Assembly (NCBI RefSeq): GCF_000007145.1 | Contig: NC_003902.1 | Span: 877,436 to 909,435 of the forward strand | From: Xanthomonas campestris pv. campestris str. ATCC 33913 | GTDB lineage: Bacteria > Pseudomonadota > Gammaproteobacteria > Xanthomonadales > Xanthomonadaceae | Length of the DNA: 32,000 nucleotides | Direction: 5' to 3' | Part shown: piece by piece, positions 11,062 to 19,701 of the stretch | How positions within the stretch are numbered: the stretch's first letter is position 1 | Layout: each line of letters starts with the position of its first letter | The notes under the pieces: generated by a model | What the model saw: only the letters and a program-made list of their open reading frames with translations | What the model was told of the DNA's origin: nothing | Databases searched by the model: none | Program-made: the position numbers and the translations under genes

Positions 11062-11751
11062 CTGGCTGCCTGCGCGCCTGCGGAAACGTGGGCGCGCAGC
11101 TGTTGGCGTGGCGATGGTGGTGGTGTCGTTTAGGCGGCGTGCGAGGTGTCACGGTGCAGCGTGGTGCCGTCACGTTGAACTTTCGGCATGGCGACAGCTG
11201 GGATGGACTGCTGGTGATCGTTTCGCCCAAGTGGCTGGCAGTTGGTGACTGCTGCTGTGGTGGCTCAGAGCGAAACGATGATGCGTCTGCGACGTGTGGT
11301 GACCGTCTGCGGCGTGTGTGGGGAAGTGGTCGTGGTCGGAGTGCTCACGTGTGTGGCCGTGTGGTGCCGCGGATGGCGGCAGGAGCAGCGTGAACACTGC
11401 AAACGCACGCCAAGCGCGAGTTCAACGATGGATTTGGTATCACCGAGAGCGCGCGACGATGTCTCGCAGCGCAGGCTTAGCAGCGCGCAGCTAGTCCCTG
11501 TTCGCGTCAGTGCCAGCGTGAAACTGCCTCGGTCAGCAGCTGTTCGAACGCTCAGCGCATGCTCGAGGGCCAAGGCATTCTTGATGCAGGCATTGATCAA
11601 TGCACAAAGCAGTCACGTCGCCCAGGGATGTAGGGTGACGCCAACGACGGTTCGCATTTCTCGCGACGCTACGCCGGGCACACGTCGCTTCTGTGCCAAA
11701 CGTTGACGGGCCGGCGCCTACACTGGTGCCCACTTTCTACGGAGCGTCCCC

Positions 11752-12729
11752 ATGAGCGAGACCACGATGACGGCCATTGCGATCCGCAACGGCAAGGGCG
11801 ATGCAGATGCACTGCATGCGGTTGAGCAAGCGCGCCCGCAGCCAGCGCCGGGCCAGGTGTTGATCCGTGTGCATGCCGCCGGCATCAATCGGCCGGACCT
11901 GCTGCAGCGTGGGGGCCACTATCCGCCGCCGCCGGGTGCACCGGAGACGCTGGGCCTGGAGGTCGCGGGCGAGGTCGTGGTGGCCGCTGGCCGCTGGAAG
12001 GTTGGCGACCGTGTATGCGCCTTGCTCGGCGGCGGTGGCTACGCGCAGTACGCGGCGGTGGACGCGCGCCATGTGTTGCCGGTTCCTGAAGGCATGACGC
12101 TGGTGCAGGCCGCTGCATTGCCGGAAACCATCTTCACCGCCTACGCCAATCTGTTCGAACATGGCCGCCTGGCGGCAGGCGAATGGCTGCTGCTGCACGG
12201 CGCTACCTCCGGCATCGGCGTGACCGCGATCCAGCTGGCAAAGGCCGCCGGCGCGCATGTGCTGGCCACGGCCCGCTCGGCCGGCAAGGCGGCGCAGGCA
12301 CGCGAACTGGGCGCGGACGTGGCGATCGACTCCACCACCGAGTCGTTCGTGGCCGCCGCCAAGGCGCACGCCGGGGTGGACGTGGCGCTGGACATGGTGG
12401 GCGCCTCGGTCTTTGCCGATACGCTGGAAGCACTGAATCCGGGTGGCCGCATCGTCTACATCGCCTCGCAGGCCGGCGCCACGCTGGAAGTGCCGATCCC
12501 GCTGCTGATGCGCAAGCAGGCCATCATCACCGGTTCGACCCTGCGCCCGCGCAACGCCGACGAAAAGGCGCGGCTGGCAGCGGAAGTGGAACGCGTGGTG
12601 TGGCCCTGGATTGCGCAAGGCAAGGTGCGCGTGTTGATCGATCAATGTTTCCCGCTGGCCGAGGCCGCCGCCGCGCATCGCTATCTGGAGCAGGGCAGCC
12701 ATCTGGGCAAGGTGGTGCTGGAAATGTAG
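11752..12729 (+). CDS. NAD(P)H:quinone oxidoreductase, zinc-independent MDR superfamily (Qor/PIG3-like)
   Basis: VLIRVHAAGINRPDLLQRGGHYPPPPGAPETLGLEVAGEVV plus the nucleotide-binding LLHGATSGIGVTAIQLAK motif. GGAG lies 7 nt before the ATG. Confidence 0.9.
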   Translation: MSETTMTAIAIRNGKGDADALHAVEQARPQPAPGQVLIRVHAAGINRPDLLQRGGHYPPPPGAPETLGLEVAGEVVVAAGRWKVGDRVCALLGGGGYAQYAAVDARHVLPVPEGMTLVQAAALPETIFTAYANLFEHGRLAAGEWLLLHGATSGIGVTAIQLAKAAGAHVLATARSAGKAAQARELGADVAIDSTTESFVAAAKAHAGVDVALDMVGASVFADTLEALNPGGRIVYIASQAGATLEVPIPLLMRKQAIITGSTLRPRNADEKARLAAEVERVVWPWIAQGKVRVLIDQCFPLAEAAAAHRYLEQGSHLGKVVLEM

Positions 12730-12886
12730 CGGCACTGCAGGTGCGGACATGGCCTGCACCTTAGGCTGCGGGCCTGTCGCACGGGCGCGCCTGTGCGGTT
12801 GCTTGAGCGGTGCGCGTGCGGCCGCATCGGTGGCATTGCGCGACTCGAAGACAGCGCGCCACCGGCGATCACCCGCAGCAACACTT

Positions 12887-13033
12887 AGAGCGGCTAACAA
12901 ACCGTAGCGAGCAGCCGTCAGGTGGGCGCGGACGGCGCGGAGGAACCGGAATGTACGTGGGTACATGCCGATTCCGAGCACCGGCCGCGCCCGCCTGGCG
13001 GCTGTGCAGTCGTTTTGAAAGCTGCTCTTAGCC
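12887..13033 (+). repeat. ~147-bp structured intergenic repeat, copy A
   Basis: Aligns with 18715-18860 in the same orientation, with about 24 differences by hand count. Shared cores are GTAGCGAGCA, GTCAGGTGGG, GGTACATGCCGATTCC and AGCACCGGCCGCGCCC. An internal imperfect hairpin is GGCGCGG...GGAATGTAC/GTACAT..ATTCC...CCGCGCC. The 3' end overlaps the stop of the convergent VOC gene. Confidence 0.8.
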
Positions 13034-13429
13034 GGCAGGCTGGTTGTGCACCGCCTCGATGCGGTGTCCATCGGGATCGATCACAAAGGCGGCGTAGTAG
13101 TCATCGCCATAGTCCGGCCGCAGGCCCGGCGCGCCGTTGCAGCGGCCGCCGTACTGCAGCGCTGCGGCGTAGAACGCGTCCACCGCAGCGGTACTCGCTG
13201 CGCTGAAGGCGAGATGGAAGCCGGCGCCCGCGGCCAGCGGCACGGCCGTGCTTTGCTTCAAGGCGAGCTTGTCGCCACCACCGGCCCAGCCATAGCCCAC
13301 TGCCTGGTCATCGGTGCCAGGCGCCAGGTCCGACCACACCCGCACATAGCCCAGTGCGCCCAGCACTGCATCGTAGAAGGTGACGGACGTGTCGATGGCG
13401 CTGACGCCCAGCGAGAGGTGATGCAGCAT
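13028..13429 (-). CDS. VOC (glyoxalase/dioxygenase) family protein
   Basis: From ATG 13429: MLHHLSLGVSAIDTSVTFYDAVLGALGY ... YYAAFVIDPDGHRIEAV is a typical VOC sequence. The N-terminal extension in the ORF track was rejected. Confidence 0.8.
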   Translation of the reverse strand: MLHHLSLGVSAIDTSVTFYDAVLGALGYVRVWSDLAPGTDDQAVGYGWAGGGDKLALKQSTAVPLAAGAGFHLAFSAASTAAVDAFYAAALQYGGRCNGAPGLRPDYGDDYYAAFVIDPDGHRIEAVHNQPAG

Positions 13430-13736
13430 GGCGATGCGCCCGAGGGGATGACTGCACGGAGTGTGCGGCGCGATGCTGGCTGCTGACCCGCGTGCCGTCA
13501 ACCGTAGATCGGTCGCCCAACCTTGCACGATGCGCGCGGCTGCGGCCTGCCACGAGGTATAGCAAAACAAGCGGTAGCGATGTCTCGCAGCGGCCGCTGT
13601 GCTGACCGTACACTGCGCCGGTTGCGCGTAGCCGCCGTGGCTGCGACACCTCTCGCCACGCAGCCGTGCGCACGACGACGCAGGGTTGCCGGCGTCATCT
13701 GTCGGCCGTCACTTCCTCATGAGCACGAAGGTTTCG

Positions 13737-14672
13737 ATGAAGCATCCAGACGCATTGCGCATTGTCCTTGTCGGTATCGGCAAGATCGCCCGCGACCAGC
13801 ACGTGCCCACCATCGCCGCGCGCGACGACGTGCAGCTGGTGGCCACCGTGAGCCGGCATGGCACGGTGGATGGTGTGCCAGCGTTCCAGACGCTGGAGGA
13901 GGCGTTTGCCGCGCATCCGCAGATCGAGGCGGTGGCCTTGTGCACACCCCCGGTGGGGCGGCATGCCCTGGCGCAGTCTGCGCTGGCGGCCGGGCGCCAT
14001 GTGTTCCTGGAAAAACCACCGGCGGCCACCCTGGCGGAGATCGACGACCTGCGCGTGATCGCCCGGCAGGCGCAGCGCAGCTTGTTCACCAGCTGGCACT
14101 CGCGTTGCGCGGCCGGCGTGGAGCCGGCACGGCAGTGGCTGGCCGGCAAGCAGCTGGTGCGCGTGCACATCACCTGGAAGGAAGACATCCGCCATTGGCA
14201 CCCCGGCCAGGACTGGATCCTGGAGCCCGGTGGCATGGGCGTGTTCGACCCCGGCATCAATGCGTTGTCCATCGTCACCCATCTGCTGCCGCGGCCGTTC
14301 GCGCTGCGCAAAGCCACGTTGCACACACCGAGTAATCGGCAGGCGCCGCTGGCGGCCACGCTTACCTTCGCCGATACCGACGACGTACCGGTGACTGCGG
14401 AATTCGATTTCCTGCAGACCGGCCACCAATGCTGGGACATCGCGGTGGAGACCACGCAGGGAGCGCTGGTGCTGAGCGAGGGCGGTGCCAAGCTGCACAT
14501 CGATGGCGTCGCACACAGCGTGCCTGCGGCCAGCGAATACGACGGGCTGTACGCGCGTTTCGTGCAACTGGTGCGCGCGGGCGAGTCCGAGGTGGACACC
14601 ACGCCCTTCGTGCATGTGGCTGATGCGTTTTTACTAGGCGAACGGCAGGTGGCTGCGCCGTTTGCGTGGTGA
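13737..14672 (+). CDS. Gfo/Idh/MocA family oxidoreductase, D-galactose 1-dehydrogenase-like
   Basis: The Rossmann N-terminus is LRIVLVGIGKIARDQHVPTI. ALCTPPVGRHALAQSALAAGRHVFLEKPP resembles Pseudomonas galactose 1-dehydrogenase. The ATG at 13737 has GAAGG 5 nt upstream. Confidence 0.8.
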   Translation: MKHPDALRIVLVGIGKIARDQHVPTIAARDDVQLVATVSRHGTVDGVPAFQTLEEAFAAHPQIEAVALCTPPVGRHALAQSALAAGRHVFLEKPPAATLAEIDDLRVIARQAQRSLFTSWHSRCAAGVEPARQWLAGKQLVRVHITWKEDIRHWHPGQDWILEPGGMGVFDPGINALSIVTHLLPRPFALRKATLHTPSNRQAPLAATLTFADTDDVPVTAEFDFLQTGHQCWDIAVETTQGALVLSEGGAKLHIDGVAHSVPAASEYDGLYARFVQLVRAGESEVDTTPFVHVADAFLLGERQVAAPFAW

Positions 14673-14723
14673 CGGTGCGCGCGTAAGGCGCAGCGTTGGC
14701 AGGCTCGCCATGCGCCCGTTCAC

Positions 14724-14746
14724 GGCGTTCCAGTGCATGGAACGCC
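14724..14746. terminator. Hairpin between convergent genes
   Basis: GGCGTTCCA-gtgca-TGGAACGCC forms a perfect 9-bp stem in the 120-bp gap between the 3' ends at 14672 (+) and 14793 (-). There is no clear U-tract on either side. Confidence 0.4.
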
Positions 14747-14792
14747 GCCGAGACGCCATTGCTAGAGCGTCTGAGAACAGGCGCGTCTTGAC

Positions 14793-15779
14793 CTACCGCG
14801 TGTCGAGCACAGTGCATTGATCCTGTGCATCCACCGCTTGCGCGTCACCGATGCTGTCGGTCGCAGCACGCACCGGCGTTGCCACAGCGGGCGCAATCTG
14901 TGCGCGGAAGCGCCTGACGATCAGCGCTTCATCCAGGTAGGCGAAGACGAAGAAGCCCAACAGGGAGCCGGCCACCAGTGTCGGCGCATGCAGGAACGTG
15001 CCGGGTAACAGCAGGCTGAGCCACAGGAAAATATTCGGCGAGGTCTGCAGCAGATGGATATCGGCCACGATCGCGGCATGAATGGTCCTGCCGGTCATCC
15101 GTTGGTGCAGCCGTAGATACAGCGCGCTGGAGAAGCGGCTGGCCACAAAGACGCAGAACGGGAGCAGCCACGCGGCCCACGCATGCCAGCCGCCGTGGCG
15201 CAGGGTGGCCGGCAGTGCATCGCCGGCCGCGCGCAGCGACACCAGAAATGCCAGTGGCACCATCGCCAGCGCACCGACCCAGCTCCAATAGGTGGCGAGC
15301 TTGCCGGCCGCGATGGGGCGCGCGTGGCGCCAGGCCTGGCCAAGCAGGCAAGGCAGCGCCAAGGCAAGCACCAGTACCACGAAGAAGCGCTCCAGCGCAT
15401 GCGCGTTGCCCAGCACTTCGCGATGGTCCAGGAACAGTACCAATAGCAGCAGCGGCAGCACGATCGACAAGACCAGCGTGTAGCGCGCGGCAAAGAAATA
15501 GTCGCCCCCACGTGCCAGCGAGAACGTGGGCACCGACAACGCTGGCGGCACAATGAGCAACAGGCCCAGGACATGCAGTCACGCGTTCTGCGTGCCAACC
15601 AGCAGGGCTATTGCCAGCAAGACACGCCCCACACTGAGCGCACCCAATGCGATGTTCTCCGGGCCGCTGGTCAGGCGCAGTGCCCCGGGCTCGATCCGGA
15701 GCGACAGGAAGAACGCATTCACTGCCAGCAAGGCGATCACCGCAACGCTGGCTAACGCAGGTGGCAGCGCTGCGCCCAT
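14793..15779 (-). pseudogene. Polytopic membrane protein of unknown function, interrupted by an in-frame TGA
   Basis: ORFs 15579..15905 and 14793..15560 share one frame and are separated only by TGA at 15579-15581 (..LLVGTQNA*LHVLGLLLIVPPALSV..). Hydrophobic helices continue straight across the stop. The candidate start is ATG 15779 (MGAALPPALASVAVIALL). It may alternatively be the C-terminal part of the upstream phosphatase gene. Confidence 0.55.
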
Positions 15780-16460
15780 GCACGACAGTGCAAACCACCG
15801 AGCGTGGCGAGCAGCATCCAGCGCAGCAGGTGGATTTCCGTCAATTCGCCCAGCGTATTGAGGTGTGACGAACTGCGCGCGGTCAGTTGCTTGAGTTCGT
15901 CCCATGACAGCGGGCGCGAGTTGGGCAAGCGGAAGTCGATGTACTCCGCTGGCGGCAGCCCGGATGCGATCAGCGCTAAGACTTCCACGATGTATTTGTG
16001 CGCGACGACCAGCACGTGCTTGGCTTGCTGATCCAGCGGCGCCAGCACGGTCTCGTAGTAGGTCTTGCAGCGGGCGTACATATCCATCCAGTGTTCGCCG
16101 TCCGGTGGCGCGCCATCGGCATCATGGAAGTAGCGTTCAAACACCGCATGGCCGACCGACTTCTTGATCAAGGTCTTGTTCTTGCCGGCGAAGATGCCGA
16201 AGTTGCGTTCCACCAGTGCCGCGCTGGAAACGACCTCGGGCATGGGCGCAACGTCATGCAGGATGATGGCTGCCGTTGCCTGCGCGCGCTCCAGCGTGGA
16301 GACATGCACCTGGTCGAAGTGCAGTGCGCGTTGCTGCACGTAGCGCGGCCTGCTGCGCCTGACGCCGGCCCAGCCGGGTCAGCGGCGAATTCTGGGAACC
16401 AGCGAAGTAGTTCTGTTCGTTGGCGAGCGATTCCCCATGGCGGACAAAGTAGAGAGGCAT
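15752..16460 (-). pseudogene. Histidine phosphatase (phosphoglycerate-mutase-like) family gene with a frameshift after ~39 codons
   Basis: From ATG 16460: MPLYFVRHGESLANEQNYFAGSQNSPLTRLGRRQAQQAA includes the RHGE catalytic motif. The family sequence then continues in another frame as RYVQQRALHFDQVHVSTLERAQATAAIIL...VLVVAHKYIV (ORF 15752..16339). The switch lies in GGCCGCGC at about 16343-16350. Confidence 0.75.
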
Positions 16461-16761
16461 CGCATGCTCCGGCGTGCACCATCGATGGGGGGAGGGCGAT
16501 GTCATGCGTGTAGTGCTCGCATGGCGCTCGCCACGATGGTCGCCGCGCAGCAGAAGGAAGCAATTGCAGCGACCGCCCGTAGGTACGCGCGCCGTGCGAA
16601 CGGGTTGCATTGATGGGTTGCGGTGCGCGGACAGTTCATCTTTGGTTGGCATGCGCGCGAGGGCGCCTGCTGGTAACCGTGCGCGTCATCGCTTGGTGCT
16701 GAGATGCCGCCGGCAATGAAAAAGATGCGTCGTTGTAGATTTTTTCGGTTGCCTAACGCAT

Positions 16762-16798
16762 CGACGCCTTCATGCGGGCTGCCCCCATGAAGGCGTCG
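16762..16798 (-). terminator. Strong hairpin downstream of the alpha-amylase gene
   Basis: CGACGCCTTCATG-(11 nt)-CATGAAGGCGTCG forms a perfect 13-bp stem about 110 nt after the amylase stop. On the gene strand a second inverted repeat follows (GATGCGT...ACGCATC, plus-strand 16724-16762) and ends in TTTTT. Confidence 0.5.
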
Positions 16799-16905
16799 GT
16801 CTTGCTACTCAGCGGGATCCGCTGATGTTACCTAGTCGCCTGGATGGCACCTACGGAAAACAGACCGTGCTGCAGCGCTCCTGCAAACGCAGCGCGTCTG
16901 CAAAA

Positions 16906-18333
16906 TCAACGTCGCCACATACGCGCCTGCCGCGCCGGCAGGGTGAAGGTGTACGAGCCACTGGAGATGCGCACCACGGTGCCGGAACCCAGTGCATCGA
17001 CGTAATCCGCATTCCAGAACAACACGCTGCCGTTCATGGCGACGGTGGTGTTGACCGGGTTGCCGCACTTGTTGATGCCCACGATGCCGAGGCTGCCGCG
17101 GCGGAACAGGATGTGGCAGGCACTGGATGACAGCACCTGCATGTCGCTGCCCTGCACGCCGTTGTGGAAGCCAATCATGCGGCGCAGATCATCGCGCAGA
17201 TAGGCATTGACCCAGCGGTTGTCGCCGCTTTCGTTGTTGTCGGTGTAGACCATCGGCACGCCGCCGTTGCGGCCCAGCAAGTACGCATAGGCCAGCGTTT
17301 CATCGACCGGGTCGAGAATCGCGTAGCGGAAGCCCGCGTTATTGGGGATGTCATGCGTTACGGCAAAGGTGACTGCGCGATTGCCCGGCAAGGCCTGCCC
17401 GGTGGACGCCGGGTCCACCAACTGTTGCATGCTCGCACCCACACCGAAGGCATTGCGTACCGCGTTGAACAGCGGGAAATCGTAGGCGGCATGCGGGGTG
17501 GATTGCAGATACGGCGCCAGGAACTGGTCGTAGTCGCCATTGCCGCTGCCACCGCCGGTGATCACTTCACCAAACACGTACACACCGGAGCGGATGCCGG
17601 CATCGAAAACGCGGTTGAGATGGTCGAAGGTCATGTGCTTGGCCGCGTCCACGCGGAAGCCGGTGACGCCCAGGCCCTTGAGCGCCTGCAGGTAGGCGCG
17701 CTGCTGCTGCACCACCCAATCGTTGCCGAGCAGATCCGGCAGGCCCGGATCGCTGCCGCCGCCGCAGATGCGGTAATTGCGCACCTGGAAGGCATCGTTG
17801 TAGTTGCTGATGCATTGCGCCGGCCCGAAATCACTGGCGCTCAAAAAGTTGGACTGCACCGTGCCGAACAGGCGCAGTGCATCGTAGCGCCCAGGATTGG
17901 CTGCGTACTGCGCCAGCACCGCGCTGCCGGGGTAATTGAGGTCCGAGCGCGTTGCTGCTTCGTTGGCCATGTGGTTGAACACCACGTCGGCATAGGTTTC
18001 CACACCGTTGTTTGCCAGTGCCTGCACCATGCGCGCGAACGCGGTGGTGTCGCCGAGTGGATTGTCGATCAGGCGGATATCCTGCGGCTGGTAGCGCGCC
18101 CACCAGGCACTGCCTTCGGAGCGATAGGCCGGTGCGACCAGTACCTTGCGATACCCGGCATCGGCGATCTGCTTGGCGCGCGCTTCTACCGTGGCGTAGG
18201 GCCAGTTGAACGCATGCAGGATGACGTCGGCCTGTGCGCTGGCGGTGGTCAGCAACAAGGTCAGCGCGATCAACAGCAACTGGTGAGCGCGTTGCCAGAA
18301 CGTGCGTGGACAGGGGCGAGAGGTGGCGTGCAT
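16906..18333 (-). CDS. Secreted/periplasmic alpha-amylase (GH13)
   Basis: From ATG 18333, with AGGAG 9 nt upstream. The signal peptide is LLLIALTLLLTTASAQA. GH13 motifs include DVVFNHMA, GFRVDAAKHM and FGEVI. Length is 475 aa. Confidence 0.93.
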   Translation of the reverse strand: MHATSRPCPRTFWQRAHQLLLIALTLLLTTASAQADVILHAFNWPYATVEARAKQIADAGYRKVLVAPAYRSEGSAWWARYQPQDIRLIDNPLGDTTAFARMVQALANNGVETYADVVFNHMANEAATRSDLNYPGSAVLAQYAANPGRYDALRLFGTVQSNFLSASDFGPAQCISNYNDAFQVRNYRICGGGSDPGLPDLLGNDWVVQQQRAYLQALKGLGVTGFRVDAAKHMTFDHLNRVFDAGIRSGVYVFGEVITGGGSGNGDYDQFLAPYLQSTPHAAYDFPLFNAVRNAFGVGASMQQLVDPASTGQALPGNRAVTFAVTHDIPNNAGFRYAILDPVDETLAYAYLLGRNGGVPMVYTDNNESGDNRWVNAYLRDDLRRMIGFHNGVQGSDMQVLSSSACHILFRRGSLGIVGINKCGNPVNTTVAMNGSVLFWNADYVDALGSGTVVRISSGSYTFTLPARQARMWRR

Positions 18334-18714
18334 CGGGTGTGTCTCCTGATCAGTGGACGCACGCATCCCGCACAGCGATGCATGCAGCAATGCCCTCCGG
18401 CCCCTGTTCCGGAAAGCGCGCCCCACGGCGTGCGGCGCGCGGTGATGCTAAGCGCGCATCGCGGCGCAGCATTGACCCTGTGCATACGTATTCACTGCAC
18501 AACAGCCGCGAAACGTGCGGCCGGTTCGATGCCGAGGGCGTGCACGGTCGCACTCGCACCGATGCACTGCGCGCGGTGCTGATGAATGGCGGCGGTGGTT
18601 GCCGGTATGGATGCCGTGACGTCCAGCAGGCCGGGCTCGGTGCGCAACCTGCGCGCTACAGGCAACGACGGCAGCCCAGTGCAGCAGCGCGTGCACAATG
18701 GCTCAGCGGTATGA

Positions 18715-18860
18715 AGAGCGGCTACCGAAACGTAGCGAGCAAGTTGTCAGGTGGGTGCGGCCGGCGCGGAGCACCCGGAGTGTATGGGGGTACATGCCGA
18801 TTCCTAGCACCGGCCGCGCCCGGCTGGCGCCTGCAGGCGTTTTGATAGCGGCGCTAAGCC
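18715..18860 (+). repeat. ~147-bp structured intergenic repeat, copy B
   Basis: This is the second copy of the element at 12887-13033, in the same orientation. It lies in the 634-bp divergent spacer between the amylase and DUF2058 genes. Confidence 0.8.
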
Positions 18861-18966
18861 TGAACAGCCTGGTTCAGGCCTCCTGGCCAGCGGCACCTCG
18901 TGCACCAGGGCGGCCACCACGCCGGCCGCGTTAAACTGTGTGCACGTCACCGGTTGGTCTTCTCGC

Positions 18967-19512
18967 ATGCGCAATCCTCTTCAAGAACAACTGCTCAAGG
19001 CAGGCCTGGTCAAGAAAGCCCAGGTGGACAAGGTGGCGCGCGAGCAGAACAAGCAGCGCCATGCCAAGGGTGCACCGGCGGCCGCAGCAGACCCGGACAA
19101 GGTGGATGCCGCCCGCCTGCAAGCCGAGCGCGCCGAGCGCGACCGCGCATTGGCCGAGGAGCGCAACGCGCAGCTGCGGCAGCAGGAACTGGTGGCGCAG
19201 GTCCGCCAGATCATCGAGACCAGCCGCGTCAAGCGCGAAGGCGAGATCGATTACCGCTTCAACGATGGCAGCGTCATTCGCAGCGTGCTGGTCAGCCCCC
19301 TCTTGCGCAGCCAGCTGGCCAGTGGCGCGTTGGTGATCGCGCGCTACGGCGAGGGTTTCGAACTGATTCCGCGTGCCGCGGCCGAGAAGGTCTACAGCCG
19401 CGATGCCACCGTGGTGGTGCTGGATCATGGCCGCGCCGCAGCGCCACCATCGCCGGACAGCGACGACGACTATTACAGCCAGTTCAAGGTGCCGGACGAT
19501 CTGATCTGGTAA
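18967..19512 (+). CDS. DUF2058 (YaiL-like) protein
   Basis: From ATG 18967: MRNPLQEQLLKAGLVKKAQVDKVAREQNKQ is the characteristic DUF2058 N-terminus. A charged K/R/E/A-rich middle region follows, and the sequence ends DDYYSQFKVPDDLIW. Confidence 0.8.
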   Translation: MRNPLQEQLLKAGLVKKAQVDKVAREQNKQRHAKGAPAAAADPDKVDAARLQAERAERDRALAEERNAQLRQQELVAQVRQIIETSRVKREGEIDYRFNDGSVIRSVLVSPLLRSQLASGALVIARYGEGFELIPRAAAEKVYSRDATVVVLDHGRAAAPPSPDSDDDYYSQFKVPDDLIW

Positions 19513-19701
19513 GCCGGATGCGGGCACCGTGATGCGTGCGCGCCGCGTCGATGGCGGGCAACGCGCGTACAGGTAGCAGGGCGATGTACTGCTGCCAGCA
19601 CATCTGGCGGGTCACCGCAGACCAAGGCGCGGGAGGAGCGCTTGCGTGAGAACGATGCGCCCGCGTTACCCTTGCACGCTGTACCGCTGCCAGCACGCGC
19701 C

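Noticed and set aside
11170-11397. His-rich 75-aa minus-strand ORF (..HGHTREHSDHDHFPTH..HHTSQTHH..) as a metal-binding peptide gene
   Set aside because: The His/Thr richness appears in all three minus frames, so it is a by-product of the CACCAC-rich strand composition. Third-position bias is poor and there is no SD.
11457-11471. 15-mer CGATGTCTCGCAGCG shared with 13578-13592
   Set aside because: The flanks do not align at all. A single 15-nt coincidence is plausible by chance when comparing a 32-kb GC-biased window against itself.
11737-13071. 444-aa minus-strand ORF
   Set aside because: It is antisense to the quinone oxidoreductase gene and runs through the intergenic repeat, so it is a shadow ORF. 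The 441-aa ORF 5425..6750 antisense to the Nudix-ThiE gene, and 28388..29581 antisense to tetR/DUF4105, were rejected on the same grounds.
15579-15581. In-frame TGA as a selenocysteine or programmed read-through codon
   Set aside because: No SECIS-like hairpin lies directly downstream. The context is a hydrophobic membrane segment rather than a redox motif, and neighbouring genes also carry lesions. A nonsense mutation or base error is the simpler explanation.
17164-18582. 472-aa plus-strand ORF
   Set aside because: It is antisense to the GH13 alpha-amylase gene and is a shadow ORF.
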